Origin: Deltaproteobacteria bacterium
GTDB lineage: Bacteria > Myxococcota_A > Polyangia > HGW-17 > SLPX01
Reading direction: 5' to 3'
Assembly (NCBI GenBank): GCA_021162935.1
Contig: JAGGXR010000131.1
Location: 514 to 64,513, forward strand
Length of the DNA stretch: 64,000 nucleotides
In this document: in pieces, positions 42,266-52,325 of the stretch
Layout: the number at the start of each line of letters is the position of its first letter
Numbering within the stretch: position 1 is the first letter of the stretch
Translations under genes and position numbers: made by a program
Notes under the pieces: generated by a model
The model's database searches: none
What the model was told of the DNA's origin: nothing
Seen by the model: the letters and a program-made list of their open reading frames with translations, nothing else

Positions 42266-44407
42266 TCACAGTTCATCATCCGAAGAACTCGACTTGGCCT
42301 TGCCATAGTTCTTCAGGAACCAACTCGCTTTCTTGTGCCACCGACTACTCGACGGCACCATCCTGAGCACCTGACGCCAATAGGACTTGGCTCTTCCCAA
42401 ATTCGAATCCCGAAGGATGTACCCCTTGTTGAAAATCCCCTGCGCTTTGGCGTCGAGTTGGCTCACGATCCGCTTCAAAGCTGCACTGTCGCCACCAGCT
42501 CTGCGGGCAATCCGGACCGCCTTGTAGGCCACCGAATACCGGCCACTCGAAAACGCACTGCCTGCCGCTGCTCTGGCCACCTTGCCCAACTTGGCCCGCA
42601 ACGTCCCACCAAAGGCGCCACGACTGATGGATCGATCGAGGGAAAGTGCGCGTTGATAGGCGTACATGGCGGAAATACTGTTCGTGTGCTGAGCCACCTC
42701 GGCTCGCTTCCAGGTCAGGCCGAATTGTTTGACCTTTTTCGCCTTGGCCAGGGTCTTGCGGGCCCTGGCCCCCCGTTGACCGGCAGCCACCCTTCTTAGC
42801 TCTGCGGCGGCGGCACTCCAATTCTTCGCTTTGTAGAAAGCCATGAATTGCTTGTACGAGCCTCCCATCGACGTTGAGTTCCCGCCGCTCCGCCGGCCCC
42901 TGGGCCGCTTGGTCGCGTGTCCAGAATCGGACCCACCGGAATTGCTGTCTGTCTGGGTCGCAACGCCACCATCCTGAATAGGTTTTGGAGTCCCACCTTG
43001 GCTCGATGGTTGCTGGGTTGCAACCTCAGGAGGCGGTTCAGGCCCACCGAACTCGTGCCACAGCACCAGAGCAGGCCGATATCCGGGACTCAACTTGAGG
43101 GCCAGTTTGATCTTCTTCATCACGAGGGGAACCAGCTTCTTGTCCTTGTCGGCCCCCAAGGCCTTCGCTTCAGCAAGGAGCGCATCCGCCCGCTTTTCCC
43201 GCGCCTTCTTGACGATCTTCTGAGCCGCCAAAAAATAATCGGTTTGCTTCCCGACCAACAGTGCCAAAGTTTCCGCACCAGGATAGTTGCCTTTGCCCAA
43301 CTCGACCGCAGCCCTGGCCAGATTGCTCTTTGCCTCGCGGTTCGAGCGAATCTGTTTGAGCCTGGTCTGGACGAATTGATTCTTGGAATCTTTGGCCGCG
43401 AGAAGCAAAAAGATCTTTTCAGCCTGGTCCCAGGCCTGCTTCTTCACGAGCTGCTTGCCCTTTTCGTAAAGCTGCTCCTGGGTCGGCCCTGCAGTGACAT
43501 GCACCACCTTCTTCTTCGTCTTCTTCCCGCGCAGCTTCCCAATCATCGCCATGGTGAGCAGCGCCAAAATGAGAGCCAAACCTCCAAATACCAGCACCTT
43601 CTTCAAGGTCGTATCCGTCAGACGCCCCACGGCGCCCATCAGTCCACCGGGCCCGGCAGCCACCGAACCGGTCTCTATACCCACAGAGGCCATGGGTGCC
43701 ATGGCCCCCGACAGGGGGCCCACCCGCTCCGTGGGAGGAATACTGGGGAAGCCCGAACCCTGAGCGCTGGGGCGAGCAGCGGGCGCTGGTCGTCGCGCCG
43801 GGGCTGGTCGAGCAGCGGGCGCTGGTCGTCGCGCCGGGGCTGGTCGAACAGCGGGCGCCGGTCGTGGCGCCGGGGCGACACGGGCCGCAGGGCCTGGTCG
43901 AGCCGCGGAAATGGCTCGTGGTCGCGGGGCCGGTCGAGGCGCTGGTTCAGGGGAAACCGGCAGGCCATCGAACGGTTCCGTTGGCCTGGTATCACTGCCG
44001 CCTCGGGCCAGATCCCCTCCTGCGGCCGGCCAACGAAAAACGAGCCGTGTCTTGCCGGCCTGAATGAGATCACCGTCCAGGAGTTGATGGGTCTGAACCC
44101 GTACCCCGTTCACCTTGGTTCCGTTGCCGCTGCCCTGGTCGATGAGCTGGTACCCCTGACCATCGAATTCGATGGCCAGGTGCCTCCGACTCACCGCCAA
44201 ATCGGCCAGAACGAAGTCACACTGGGCCCCCCGACCGATCATGACGGCAGACTCCGGCAGATCGAACGTACGGCCCTGGTCATTGCCCTCGACCACGTCG
44301 AGAACGGGTGGATCGCTCACAGGACCACCCAATGGCATGGATTCCAACGTGTCACGGGGCGGCGGTGGCGGCATGGCTCCATATTGATTTGTACGTTTCG
44401 CAGACAT
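42266..44407 (-). CDS. FHA-domain membrane protein with periplasmic TPR-like helices
   Basis: IGR, VSRRH, SGNGT.VNG FHA motifs; Pro/Ala linker; TM; helical C-terminus. Confidence 0.85.
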   Translation of the reverse strand: MSAKRTNQYGAMPPPPPRDTLESMPLGGPVSDPPVLDVVEGNDQGRTFDLPESAVMIGRGAQCDFVLADLAVSRRHLAIEFDGQGYQLIDQGSGNGTKVNGVRVQTHQLLDGDLIQAGKTRLVFRWPAAGGDLARGGSDTRPTEPFDGLPVSPEPAPRPAPRPRAISAARPGPAARVAPAPRPAPAVRPAPARRPAPAARPAPARRPAPAARPSAQGSGFPSIPPTERVGPLSGAMAPMASVGIETGSVAAGPGGLMGAVGRLTDTTLKKVLVFGGLALILALLTMAMIGKLRGKKTKKKVVHVTAGPTQEQLYEKGKQLVKKQAWDQAEKIFLLLAAKDSKNQFVQTRLKQIRSNREAKSNLARAAVELGKGNYPGAETLALLVGKQTDYFLAAQKIVKKAREKRADALLAEAKALGADKDKKLVPLVMKKIKLALKLSPGYRPALVLWHEFGGPEPPPEVATQQPSSQGGTPKPIQDGGVATQTDSNSGGSDSGHATKRPRGRRSGGNSTSMGGSYKQFMAFYKAKNWSAAAAELRRVAAGQRGARARKTLAKAKKVKQFGLTWKRAEVAQHTNSISAMYAYQRALSLDRSISRGAFGGTLRAKLGKVARAAAGSAFSSGRYSVAYKAVRIARRAGGDSAALKRIVSQLDAKAQGIFNKGYILRDSNLGRAKSYWRQVLRMVPSSSRWHKKASWFLKNYGKAKSSSSDDEL
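43773..43880. repeat. 36-bp (2x18) coding repeat, PAPARRPAPAAR linker
   Basis: CGAGCAGCGGGCGCTGGTCGTCGCGCCGGGGCTGGT x~3. Confidence 0.8.
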
Positions 44408-44492
44408 CGAATGGATTGTACGGTATTATGCTTCTGTCGGCAAGATCCTAAGATGATCCGGACAGACAACCGGCGATGGAAAAAAAGGAAAG

Positions 44493-46307
44493 ATGGAACA
44501 GCGGCGAGTCGGCAAGTACCTGCTGAAGCGAGAGTTGGGAAAAGGGGGCATGGCATCGGTGTACCTTGCCACCGATACGGAGCTGGACCGACTCGTGGCA
44601 ATCAAACTCCTCCATCCCTTGATCGCGGACCGGCCCGAGGGAAAAAAGCGGTTCCACCGCGAAGCACGGGCCGCTGCCCGGCTCAAACACCCGAACGTGA
44701 TCGAGGTCTACGATTATTCCGCCGGACGCGACGACGAACCTCCGTATCTGGTGTATGAGTACGTAAACGGGCCGAATCTGGCGGCGTTTATCAGAAATCA
44801 CGCACCTCCTTGGCCAGAAATCGTCGCCGCAGCCGGCGTGGCCCTGGCCCATGGTCTGGGCGCCGCCCACAAAGAGGGCATCATCCACAGGGATGTCAAA
44901 CCAGAAAACGTGCTCGTGGATCGATCGGGGCGTCTCGTGGTGACCGACTTCGGAATCGCACGGCTCATGGGCGACAAGACCATGACCGCCACCGGAGCGG
45001 TCATGGGGTCGCCGGCCTATATGTCTCCCGAGCAGGCTCGCGGCGAGCGCCTCGATCAACGCAGCGACCTATTCTCCTTGGGGGGCCTCCTTTACCATAT
45101 GGCAACGGGTAGACCGCCCTTTGCTGGCAAGACACCCGTCGCGGTCATGTCCGCCGTCCTCCAAGGCACCTACACCCCGCCTATCCAGGCGCGAGGAGAC
45201 TTGGGGCCGGACCTGGACCGGGTCCTTCAACGTTGCCTCGCCCAGGACCCCGACCAACGATATCAAACCGCAGATGACCTGGCAAACGACCTGGAACACA
45301 TCGCCCGCCTGGGAGGCCTGACCGACCAGGACCAGGAGTTGGCAGCCTATCTTCGCGCCCCGGAAACGAGGCAGGAAGAACTCAGGGCCCCGATCATCGA
45401 TGCCTGTGTCGCCCGCGCCCAGGCGGCCAAACAGCCGGCCAAAGTTTTGGCCCTGGCAGACCGGATTCTCGCCGTGGATCCTCAAAACACCGCGGCCCAA
45501 CGACTCGTCGATCGGCTCACGGCGCGAAAACGCTGGCATGTGGCAGCCGCAGGCCTGGCCGTGAGTCTGGCCGTGGCCATGGCCACCTGGGCCGGAATGA
45601 TCCTGATGGCAAGGCACCGTCCATCCGACACGACCATGACGGTCGCCCAGGTTGCAGCGGACGCCCAAACCGACGCTTCGGAAACTGATGCCACCGCGTC
45701 ACCACAGCAAGACGCAGAAACCATCGGACAGGATGCCCGCCCAGCCCCGACGCCGCCAACGAAGCACCACGGATCCAGAAAACACAACCGCCAGCCCACG
45801 GCTTCACCGAAGGTGGATGCCTCGGTTCCACGGACGGTACCCCGCCCGACACCAAGACCGGATGCCGCCACGCCACCTCCACAGCGTCCAGGAGCCATCG
45901 TCCTGGCCATCAAGCCTTGGTGCCAGGCCTCCATCGACGGCAGGTCGGTGGGACGATCCCCCAGTGGTCGTGCCATCCCTGTTCCAGCGGGCCGGCATCA
46001 CGTGACCTGCCGCCAAGGGACAAACGGACCCAGCTTCTCTCGATGGGTACAGATCCGGGCCGGCCAATCCGTCCACGTACGCGGGTCGGTCCTCGGTCCC
46101 TGCCAAGTTACGGTCCCAAAATCCAGCGCTTCGACGACCTGGACCATCGACGGTCTGTTCCACCGACCTGGCAGATATCGGATTCCAGCAGGACGACACA
46201 AGGTGGTGCTGCTCGACAAGGGAGTCCCGGTCCGTACGAATTGGATCCTATTTCCACCAGGAGGCCGCTGCACCCTGAAAAGGGGATCTCCTCTGTCCTG
46301 CCGATAG
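44493..46307 (+). CDS. Ser/Thr protein kinase with TM and PEGA-like domains
   Basis: GKGGMASVY, VAIK, HRDVKPEN, DFG, YMSPE; C-term PWCQASIDGRSVGRSP...AGRH. Confidence 0.93.
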   Translation: MEQRRVGKYLLKRELGKGGMASVYLATDTELDRLVAIKLLHPLIADRPEGKKRFHREARAAARLKHPNVIEVYDYSAGRDDEPPYLVYEYVNGPNLAAFIRNHAPPWPEIVAAAGVALAHGLGAAHKEGIIHRDVKPENVLVDRSGRLVVTDFGIARLMGDKTMTATGAVMGSPAYMSPEQARGERLDQRSDLFSLGGLLYHMATGRPPFAGKTPVAVMSAVLQGTYTPPIQARGDLGPDLDRVLQRCLAQDPDQRYQTADDLANDLEHIARLGGLTDQDQELAAYLRAPETRQEELRAPIIDACVARAQAAKQPAKVLALADRILAVDPQNTAAQRLVDRLTARKRWHVAAAGLAVSLAVAMATWAGMILMARHRPSDTTMTVAQVAADAQTDASETDATASPQQDAETIGQDARPAPTPPTKHHGSRKHNRQPTASPKVDASVPRTVPRPTPRPDAATPPPQRPGAIVLAIKPWCQASIDGRSVGRSPSGRAIPVPAGRHHVTCRQGTNGPSFSRWVQIRAGQSVHVRGSVLGPCQVTVPKSSASTTWTIDGLFHRPGRYRIPAGRHKVVLLDKGVPVRTNWILFPPGGRCTLKRGSPLSCR

Positions 46308-46619
46308 TGGCACGCCCCGTCGACTCACGCCCACACGAATCGGTACGGCGTCCAAAACCACGACATGGATGTCACAAACCAACCCGTTCCACTGGCTGTA
46401 CCATCGGGGCCGCCAACGACGCCAAGCCACTGCGTCGCACCGTCGGGTCGGAAGCAAATACAGCAAGGCGATGCCGCCCACTCCCATCTCATGGTCGAAG
46501 AGTTGCACCAGTCGCCCCCTTCTACTGCGTCCGCAACCATCGAGGAGCTTGCGTTCCCAGCGGATGTGGATGTACCATGGAGCCACAGGGATCACCGACG
46601 CCCTCGCGGTTGGAGGGCC

Positions 46620-46635
46620 GGGCACGGGGATTGCA
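46620..46635 (+). promoter_or_regulatory. Putative sigma54 -24/-12 promoter
   Basis: GGGCACGGGGATTGCA (GG-N10-GC) 16 nt upstream of the ATG at 46652; it implies a very short leader. Confidence 0.4.
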
Positions 46636-46651
46636 GGCCTTTAGGAATATC

Positions 46652-47767
46652 ATGAGGAAACAGACGCTCATACTTGGTTGCGCCGTCGCGTTCGTCCTGT
46701 CGTCCTGCCTGTTTGTGGGCAAAATCGAACCGGTCGACAAGCGACCTGCGGCCGTCATCAAGATCCAAACAGAGGACAAGGTCCATGTGGGCGACATGGT
46801 CGTCCTGGACGGGCAGGACAGTTCAGACCCGGACGGCACCGTGGCGTCGTACTCCTGGACCATGGAATACGACGTGACCCAGCAAACCCCCTACAAGACC
46901 TGTCCTGGGTGGGGGTCCTGCGACAACGGGCACGACCAGACCTGCTGTTTCATCCCGACGGCCCGAACCGTGTTCACGATCCGCCTCAAGGTCCAGGACC
47001 AACGAGGCCTGTCGAGTCCATGGGACGAGCGGGTCGTGACCGTGCTGAACCGCCCGCCGAATTCGGTCCTCTCCCTTGAGACCAAAACCAATTTGGAAAA
47101 TCACTTCGTGGTGGGCCAACAGATTTGGCTCCATGGCCTGTCCAGCTCGGACCCGGATGGAGACGACACCCTATTCTACCATTGGCAGACGATCAGCCGC
47201 CCTCCTGGTTCGTCCACGCTGGCGTACCAGTTCCAACCGTCCGACGTGGACTACCACCCCACCAACGACCCGACGCTGGCGAAACGCTGCCTGATGGTCC
47301 CGGACTATCCGGGCAGCTATGAAGTCGCCCTGGGCGTCAGCGACGGAGACGACGACGCCACGGACACGAAACACATCGAAGTGCAAGAGGACGCCCCGCC
47401 CTGCATCACAGCCACTTCGCCGGACGCATCCGCGAGCAGGCTCATCTTCGACGTAGGACAGCCAAGGCGACTGGAGGTCCTCTTGGTGGATGACGATCTG
47501 GATGGCTATCCACCGGGAGGGCAACTGTCTTTCTCATGGAGCATCCAACCGGACCCGAACCAGCCGTTCTTCCCCGTGTCCGGACTGGACGAACCAGCAT
47601 TGAACCTGGACCCCAACGACTACACGTCCGGCCAACAGGTCCGAATCCGAGTCACGGTCCGCGATCGCATCGATCGGGACCTGTCGTCTTGTTCCCAACA
47701 GTCCGACCAATGCAACCTGGTTGCAGACTGTGCGCAATGGGTGACATGGAACATTGAATTTCGATAG
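46652..47767 (+). CDS. PKD/Ig-like domain lipoprotein
   Basis: LSSC lipobox; LDGQDSSDPDG...YSW; SSDPDGDD.L.Y.W; G.Y.V.L.VSDG. Confidence 0.75.
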   Translation: MRKQTLILGCAVAFVLSSCLFVGKIEPVDKRPAAVIKIQTEDKVHVGDMVVLDGQDSSDPDGTVASYSWTMEYDVTQQTPYKTCPGWGSCDNGHDQTCCFIPTARTVFTIRLKVQDQRGLSSPWDERVVTVLNRPPNSVLSLETKTNLENHFVVGQQIWLHGLSSSDPDGDDTLFYHWQTISRPPGSSTLAYQFQPSDVDYHPTNDPTLAKRCLMVPDYPGSYEVALGVSDGDDDATDTKHIEVQEDAPPCITATSPDASASRLIFDVGQPRRLEVLLVDDDLDGYPPGGQLSFSWSIQPDPNQPFFPVSGLDEPALNLDPNDYTSGQQVRIRVTVRDRIDRDLSSCSQQSDQCNLVADCAQWVTWNIEFR

Positions 47768-49600
47768 GTGACCACCATGAAACGAACCATCTTATTTGGG
47801 ATTTCAAGCATGCTCACAATGGCCTTCGTCGCCTCGGGGTGTTTGGGGGACGATGCCGGCTGGATCAACAACAACACCGACGCCGGGCCCAACATGGACG
47901 CCGGCATCTGCACGGTCGGTTTGCACCTCACCCATCCCGACCAACCGGTCGCAGGCGACCTCATCACCATTGACCTGGAAACGGCGCAGACGGTCCTGTC
48001 CGTCCATTGGACCGTCACGGCGCCCGACGGCAGCCAGATCAATCCAAACCTGCGAAACCAGGACCTAACCGCTGAATTCTCCTCGACCGTAGCCGGCACC
48101 TACAGAATCAAAGCAGACGTCCAGTTGGTTTCCAACTCCTGCTCCGGCGAAAAGATGGTTGTAGTACGAGCCCGCGATGCCCGTTCGCAGACCATCTCCT
48201 TCCTGCTGACTCCAAGTGATCTCGCCACCACACCACGCCAACAATGGCCGTACTTGGTCTGGGGGGGGACCCCCGACGACTCTCTGTCCATTCCTTTGAA
48301 GAAGGGACGAAAGGTGCTGCTCGCCGTGCAGGGTCCGGACCAGAACGACCTGGCCGCCTACCTCCGCCTGACGCCCATCGACACCACGGCCATGATGGTC
48401 GAGGGGCATTACGACCCCCGATCCGGGCCTTTGACCTTTTTCCTCAACGAAACGGCCACCTACGATGTCCTCATCGTACCAGACAGTGCCACCGTGGCAC
48501 CCGCTGTGATCAAAGCACAATCAGCAGCATCCATGGCCACAGCCACGGCCACAAAATGGCCCATGACGCCAGGTGAACCGCTCACCGGTACGGTGACCGA
48601 TTCCATGGGCCAAGGCATCTACGAGGCACAGGTCCTGCTGCGCTGCAACGACATTCCCTCGGGACTGGGCACCACGGCCCTGCTGACTGGAAGTTTCGCC
48701 ATGTACGCCAGACCAGGGACATGTACGCTCCACGTCCAGCCGCCCAAAGACAGCTACCTACCAGCCATCGATCTGGCCTCGGACAACCTGACCGTGGAAA
48801 CGGGGCACAGCCTGGACCTGACGATCGCCTATGGAGAGATCCCTGTCTCGACCTGGTCGGGCAGAGTCGTGGACGAAAACGGCACCCCGATCCCACAGGC
48901 CCGCGTCATCCTGGAAAGCGCTGCGCTCGACCACACGGCGCAGGTCGAGATCCGTTCGGACGACGCCCTCGTGGAGACGGCCTCGGCAACGGGAATCGCT
49001 AGGCTGACGCTCGTCACCGACGATCTGGGACGATGGCCCGACCAAACCCTGCCCGCCGGCATGTACCACGTCATCGTCGAGCCGAACACGCCAGCCCACA
49101 CCAAGATCACCGACCTGGATCTGACCTCGGACGCAACGGACCAGACCATATCGCTGGGCACCCCCGTGCTCGCATCGGGGGTGGTGTTGGTCCCATCGAA
49201 GGACGGACCCACCCCAGCCAAGGACGTGGAAGTACGAGCAACCACAGATGTGGGTACCGGCAGCACGGCCACCACGACCACGGATGCGGCCGGCCACTTC
49301 TCCATCCCACTCATCGCCGGAGCCTCGTACCAGATCGTGTTCATCCCGAAACCAACGGACGGCACATGGGCGACGAGAACCATCCAAGTGACGACCAACC
49401 TGTCGGGCTCCATGACGATCGACGACGTCACACTACCCAAAGGGCTGAGGCTGTCGGGAACAGTCGAGGGGGATAATGCGGGCAACCTGCTCATCCAGGT
49501 CTACCGACCTTCGACGTACCAAGGCCCCCTGTATGAAACCGTGGCCCAGCCGGACGGCACCTTCGCCGTCATCGTGCCGGACCCGGGCACCAACCAATAG
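47768..49600 (+). CDS. Lipoprotein with carboxypeptidase-regulatory-like (beta-sandwich) repeats
   Basis: ASGC lipobox; GTVTD..G..I..A.V; GRVVDENGTPIPQARV; TTTDAAGHF. Confidence 0.75.
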   Translation: MTTMKRTILFGISSMLTMAFVASGCLGDDAGWINNNTDAGPNMDAGICTVGLHLTHPDQPVAGDLITIDLETAQTVLSVHWTVTAPDGSQINPNLRNQDLTAEFSSTVAGTYRIKADVQLVSNSCSGEKMVVVRARDARSQTISFLLTPSDLATTPRQQWPYLVWGGTPDDSLSIPLKKGRKVLLAVQGPDQNDLAAYLRLTPIDTTAMMVEGHYDPRSGPLTFFLNETATYDVLIVPDSATVAPAVIKAQSAASMATATATKWPMTPGEPLTGTVTDSMGQGIYEAQVLLRCNDIPSGLGTTALLTGSFAMYARPGTCTLHVQPPKDSYLPAIDLASDNLTVETGHSLDLTIAYGEIPVSTWSGRVVDENGTPIPQARVILESAALDHTAQVEIRSDDALVETASATGIARLTLVTDDLGRWPDQTLPAGMYHVIVEPNTPAHTKITDLDLTSDATDQTISLGTPVLASGVVLVPSKDGPTPAKDVEVRATTDVGTGSTATTTTDAAGHFSIPLIAGASYQIVFIPKPTDGTWATRTIQVTTNLSGSMTIDDVTLPKGLRLSGTVEGDNAGNLLIQVYRPSTYQGPLYETVAQPDGTFAVIVPDPGTNQ

Positions 49601-49623
49601 AAGCATCGGAATTGGGACCAGTG

Positions 49624-50565
49624 ATGACAAACACGATTCTCGCATTCACCCTCTCCTGCATCATCGCCCTCACGCAGCCTGCAGCGCCCCCCAACGCACA
49701 GTCCCCGCAGGAAACTGCCGGGTCGTCTTCGCCGGCGCCAGCCAAAGCCAAGCCGCCGGGCCCCTCTGCTGCAGGATCCCCGCGGCAAACCCCACAGGAC
49801 ACCACACACACCGAGCCGGCCCGCCGATGCAACGGCAGCAGCTCGGCACGGCTGCAATGCGCCCAGGAATCTTTCCAATATGGTCGCTATCAGGAAGTGG
49901 TCCAGGCCCTGCGAGACCCCATCGAGCAGGGACGATTCGCCGGTCAGGCCGATCTCAAGGAGGCCATGCGGATCTACGGCATCAGCCTCTTCCTCGTCGG
50001 GCGAAAACAGGCCGCACTGCTCGTCTTCACCAGATTGAGTGAACTCGCCCCGACTCTGCGCATGGACCCGCGGCTCGTGCCCCCCGAGGTCGTTCAGGCC
50101 TATCGGTCGGTCCGACGGAAACGACTCGCCAGACGGCTCCACCACCTCCCCAAGGCAAACACTGGATCGATGGTCCTCAACTTTCTACCCCCAGCCGGCC
50201 AATTCCAGAACCACCAATACGTCAAGGCATCCCTGATCCTGACGGCTGAGGTCTGCCTGGCGGCGGCCAATGCAACGAGTTGGTCGATCCTACGATCCCC
50301 AAAGTACCGACACGACGGAAGCTATGTGGTCCAGGACGCCGAGGGGAACATCATCGAAGATCACCGCACCCTCGCCAAAAGCATGCTCGTCGTCAACTAC
50401 GTAAGCTTTGCGCTGCTCATCGGCACCATCATCTACGGCATCGTCGATGGATGGGTGGTCCTCAGTCACAGACGCAAGGCCATGAAGAAACGGCGCCAAT
50501 TTCTTCAACAACAACTCAGGGCCTCACCCTCGTCGTCGAGCGGCACGTTCGCCATGGACTTCTGA
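49624..50565 (+). CDS. Exported TPR-like protein with C-terminal membrane segments
   Basis: Signal, Pro-rich linker, F.YG.Y...LF.VG...A...F...MDP...PP, then P.AGQFQN...K and GIVD motifs. Confidence 0.65.
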   Translation: MTNTILAFTLSCIIALTQPAAPPNAQSPQETAGSSSPAPAKAKPPGPSAAGSPRQTPQDTTHTEPARRCNGSSSARLQCAQESFQYGRYQEVVQALRDPIEQGRFAGQADLKEAMRIYGISLFLVGRKQAALLVFTRLSELAPTLRMDPRLVPPEVVQAYRSVRRKRLARRLHHLPKANTGSMVLNFLPPAGQFQNHQYVKASLILTAEVCLAAANATSWSILRSPKYRHDGSYVVQDAEGNIIEDHRTLAKSMLVVNYVSFALLIGTIIYGIVDGWVVLSHRRKAMKKRRQFLQQQLRASPSSSSGTFAMDF

Positions 50566-50566
50566 C

Positions 50567-50616
50567 CTGAGGAGGCTGTTCAAAATAAGGTTGCCCATTT
50601 TGAACAGCCTCCTCAG
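50567..50616. terminator. 20-bp perfect stem-loop between convergent genes (terminator or REP/MITE-like)
   Basis: CTGAGGAGGCTGTTCAAAAT-N10-ATTTTGAACAGCCTCCTCAG. Confidence 0.7.
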
Positions 50617-50672
50617 CCCGTAGCCGACCAAAAATTGAAGAGGCCCCACAAACGACGACAACGGACGACGGA

Positions 50673-51191
50673 TCAATCACACAGACGTACACCCCGATAG
50701 AGCGTCACCATGGCCTGGATTCCAGGCTCCTGCACCTGGGAGAGGATCTCCTCGGTCAGCCCATAAACCATGGTCTCCTCGTCGAGACGATCCTGCTTGC
50801 TCGTCACGAAGAGCCTGTCGAACTGCTCGAAACGAACCACGTGGATCAACTCATGGGTCATGACGTACAGGAGAAGGTCGTCCAGACCGAACTCTTTGCT
50901 CACCAAGGCATCCAGAATCTGTTGGTCCTGGAGGCAGATACGATAATACTGTTGGGGACGACGCTTCTGCAGAGGCCCTGGCTCGACGCGCCGATACCGC
51001 ACGAGATGGGCGAAGACCCCTTGGACTCGCTCGCGATTGGACAGATGCCTCGCCGTGACGACTTCATAGAGATACCGATCCGGGCCGAATCGCCCCAGCC
51101 TAAAAAAATCTCCGGTCAGCTCCTCGGCACGGTCGGTCGCCGACTCCACAAGGCTGAGCTGCCCAGGAGAAAAGAACCGTCTCCTGGTCAT
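50673..51191 (-). CDS. Conserved hypothetical protein with HExxH motif
   Basis: ATG overlaps the mtnA stop; Y.ICLQD, YVMTHELIHVVRF...EE. Confidence 0.7.
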   Translation of the reverse strand: MTRRRFFSPGQLSLVESATDRAEELTGDFFRLGRFGPDRYLYEVVTARHLSNRERVQGVFAHLVRYRRVEPGPLQKRRPQQYYRICLQDQQILDALVSKEFGLDDLLLYVMTHELIHVVRFEQFDRLFVTSKQDRLDEETMVYGLTEEILSQVQEPGIQAMVTLYRGVRLCD

Positions 51192-52228
51192 CGGGGCTTC
51201 CGTAAACGACGGAATCCTTCCTGGAACGGAGCCCGAATCACCCCTCGCTCCGTGACGATAGCGGAAAGGTACCGAGCCGGCGTCACATCGAAAGCCGGAT
51301 TGTAGACATCGACCTCCTCCGGAGCAATGCGGCCGCCACCACAAAAGGTCACCTCCTCACGGCTCCGTTCCTCGATAACGATTCCACTGCCGTCCAGAAG
51401 GGACAGGTCCACGGTGGACATGGGGGCTGCCACGTAGAAGGGGACGTCGTTCTCCTTGGCGAGCACCGCCAAGTTATAGGTCCCGATCTTGTTGGCCGTG
51501 TCACCGTTGGCAGCGATCCGATCCGCTCCCACCACCACGAGGCTTACCCGCCCCGAGGCCAGCACCGAACCTGCCGCCGTATCGGAAATGAGGGTCACGG
51601 GGATACCGTCCCGAACCAGCTCCCACGCCGTCAGGCGCGCACCTTGCTGTCTGGGGCGCGTCTCACATGCGTATACCCTATCCAGCTTCCCCTGCGCCCA
51701 GGCGGACCGGACCACCCCCAAGGCCGTGCCGTACCCGGCGGTCGCCAGGGCCCCGGCGTTGCAATGAGTCATGATCACTGCATGCTCGGGAATCAACTCG
51801 GCCCCCGCGTCTCCCATGGCGCGACAGGATGCCAAATCCTCTTCCAGAATAGTCTGCGCCTCACGGGCCAAGACCACTCGCAGGGCGTCTGGGTCGGGAT
51901 ACTGATCCGACAGGGCCTTCATCCGATCCACGGCCCAAAACAAATTGACGGCCGTGGGACGAGTCGCCGCCAACTCCTTGGCTGCTCGACCCAGGACATC
52001 CTTGGGGGCGTCATCGAACCCGTCCTCGCGTCCGGCCAAAACCATGCCGTAGGCGGCCGCACAGCCAATCGCCGGGGCGCCCCGAACCGTCATGTTCGAA
52101 ATCGCGGAACAGACATCCTGGACGTTCCTGCAGACCACGTCTCGTTCCTCGCCAGGAAGCGTGCGTTGGTCGATCAACACGAGCACGTTACCTTCCCATC
52201 GAACCGGTCTGATCTCCGTCGAACCCAT
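51188..52228 (-). CDS. mtnA: S-methyl-5-thioribose-1-phosphate isomerase
   Basis: DQR.LP, VRGAPAIG, RPTAVNL, THCNAGALAT, ETRP..QGARLT, GADRI, ANKIG, NPAFDVTP. Confidence 0.97.
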   Translation of the reverse strand: MGSTEIRPVRWEGNVLVLIDQRTLPGEERDVVCRNVQDVCSAISNMTVRGAPAIGCAAAYGMVLAGREDGFDDAPKDVLGRAAKELAATRPTAVNLFWAVDRMKALSDQYPDPDALRVVLAREAQTILEEDLASCRAMGDAGAELIPEHAVIMTHCNAGALATAGYGTALGVVRSAWAQGKLDRVYACETRPRQQGARLTAWELVRDGIPVTLISDTAAGSVLASGRVSLVVVGADRIAANGDTANKIGTYNLAVLAKENDVPFYVAAPMSTVDLSLLDGSGIVIEERSREEVTFCGGGRIAPEEVDVYNPAFDVTPARYLSAIVTERGVIRAPFQEGFRRLRKPR

Positions 52229-52325
52229 TGCCCGCCATCATCTCCCAGCCCACCAGGATTCGAATCCCTGCTCGGGTAGGCATTGCTGTACAGAATCTTG
52301 AATCACTGCCCCAAATGTTGGGGAG

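Noticed and set aside
52254-52270. CAGGATTCGAATCCCTG resembling a tRNA T-arm
   Set aside because: No acceptor stem, D-arm or anticodon arm around it.
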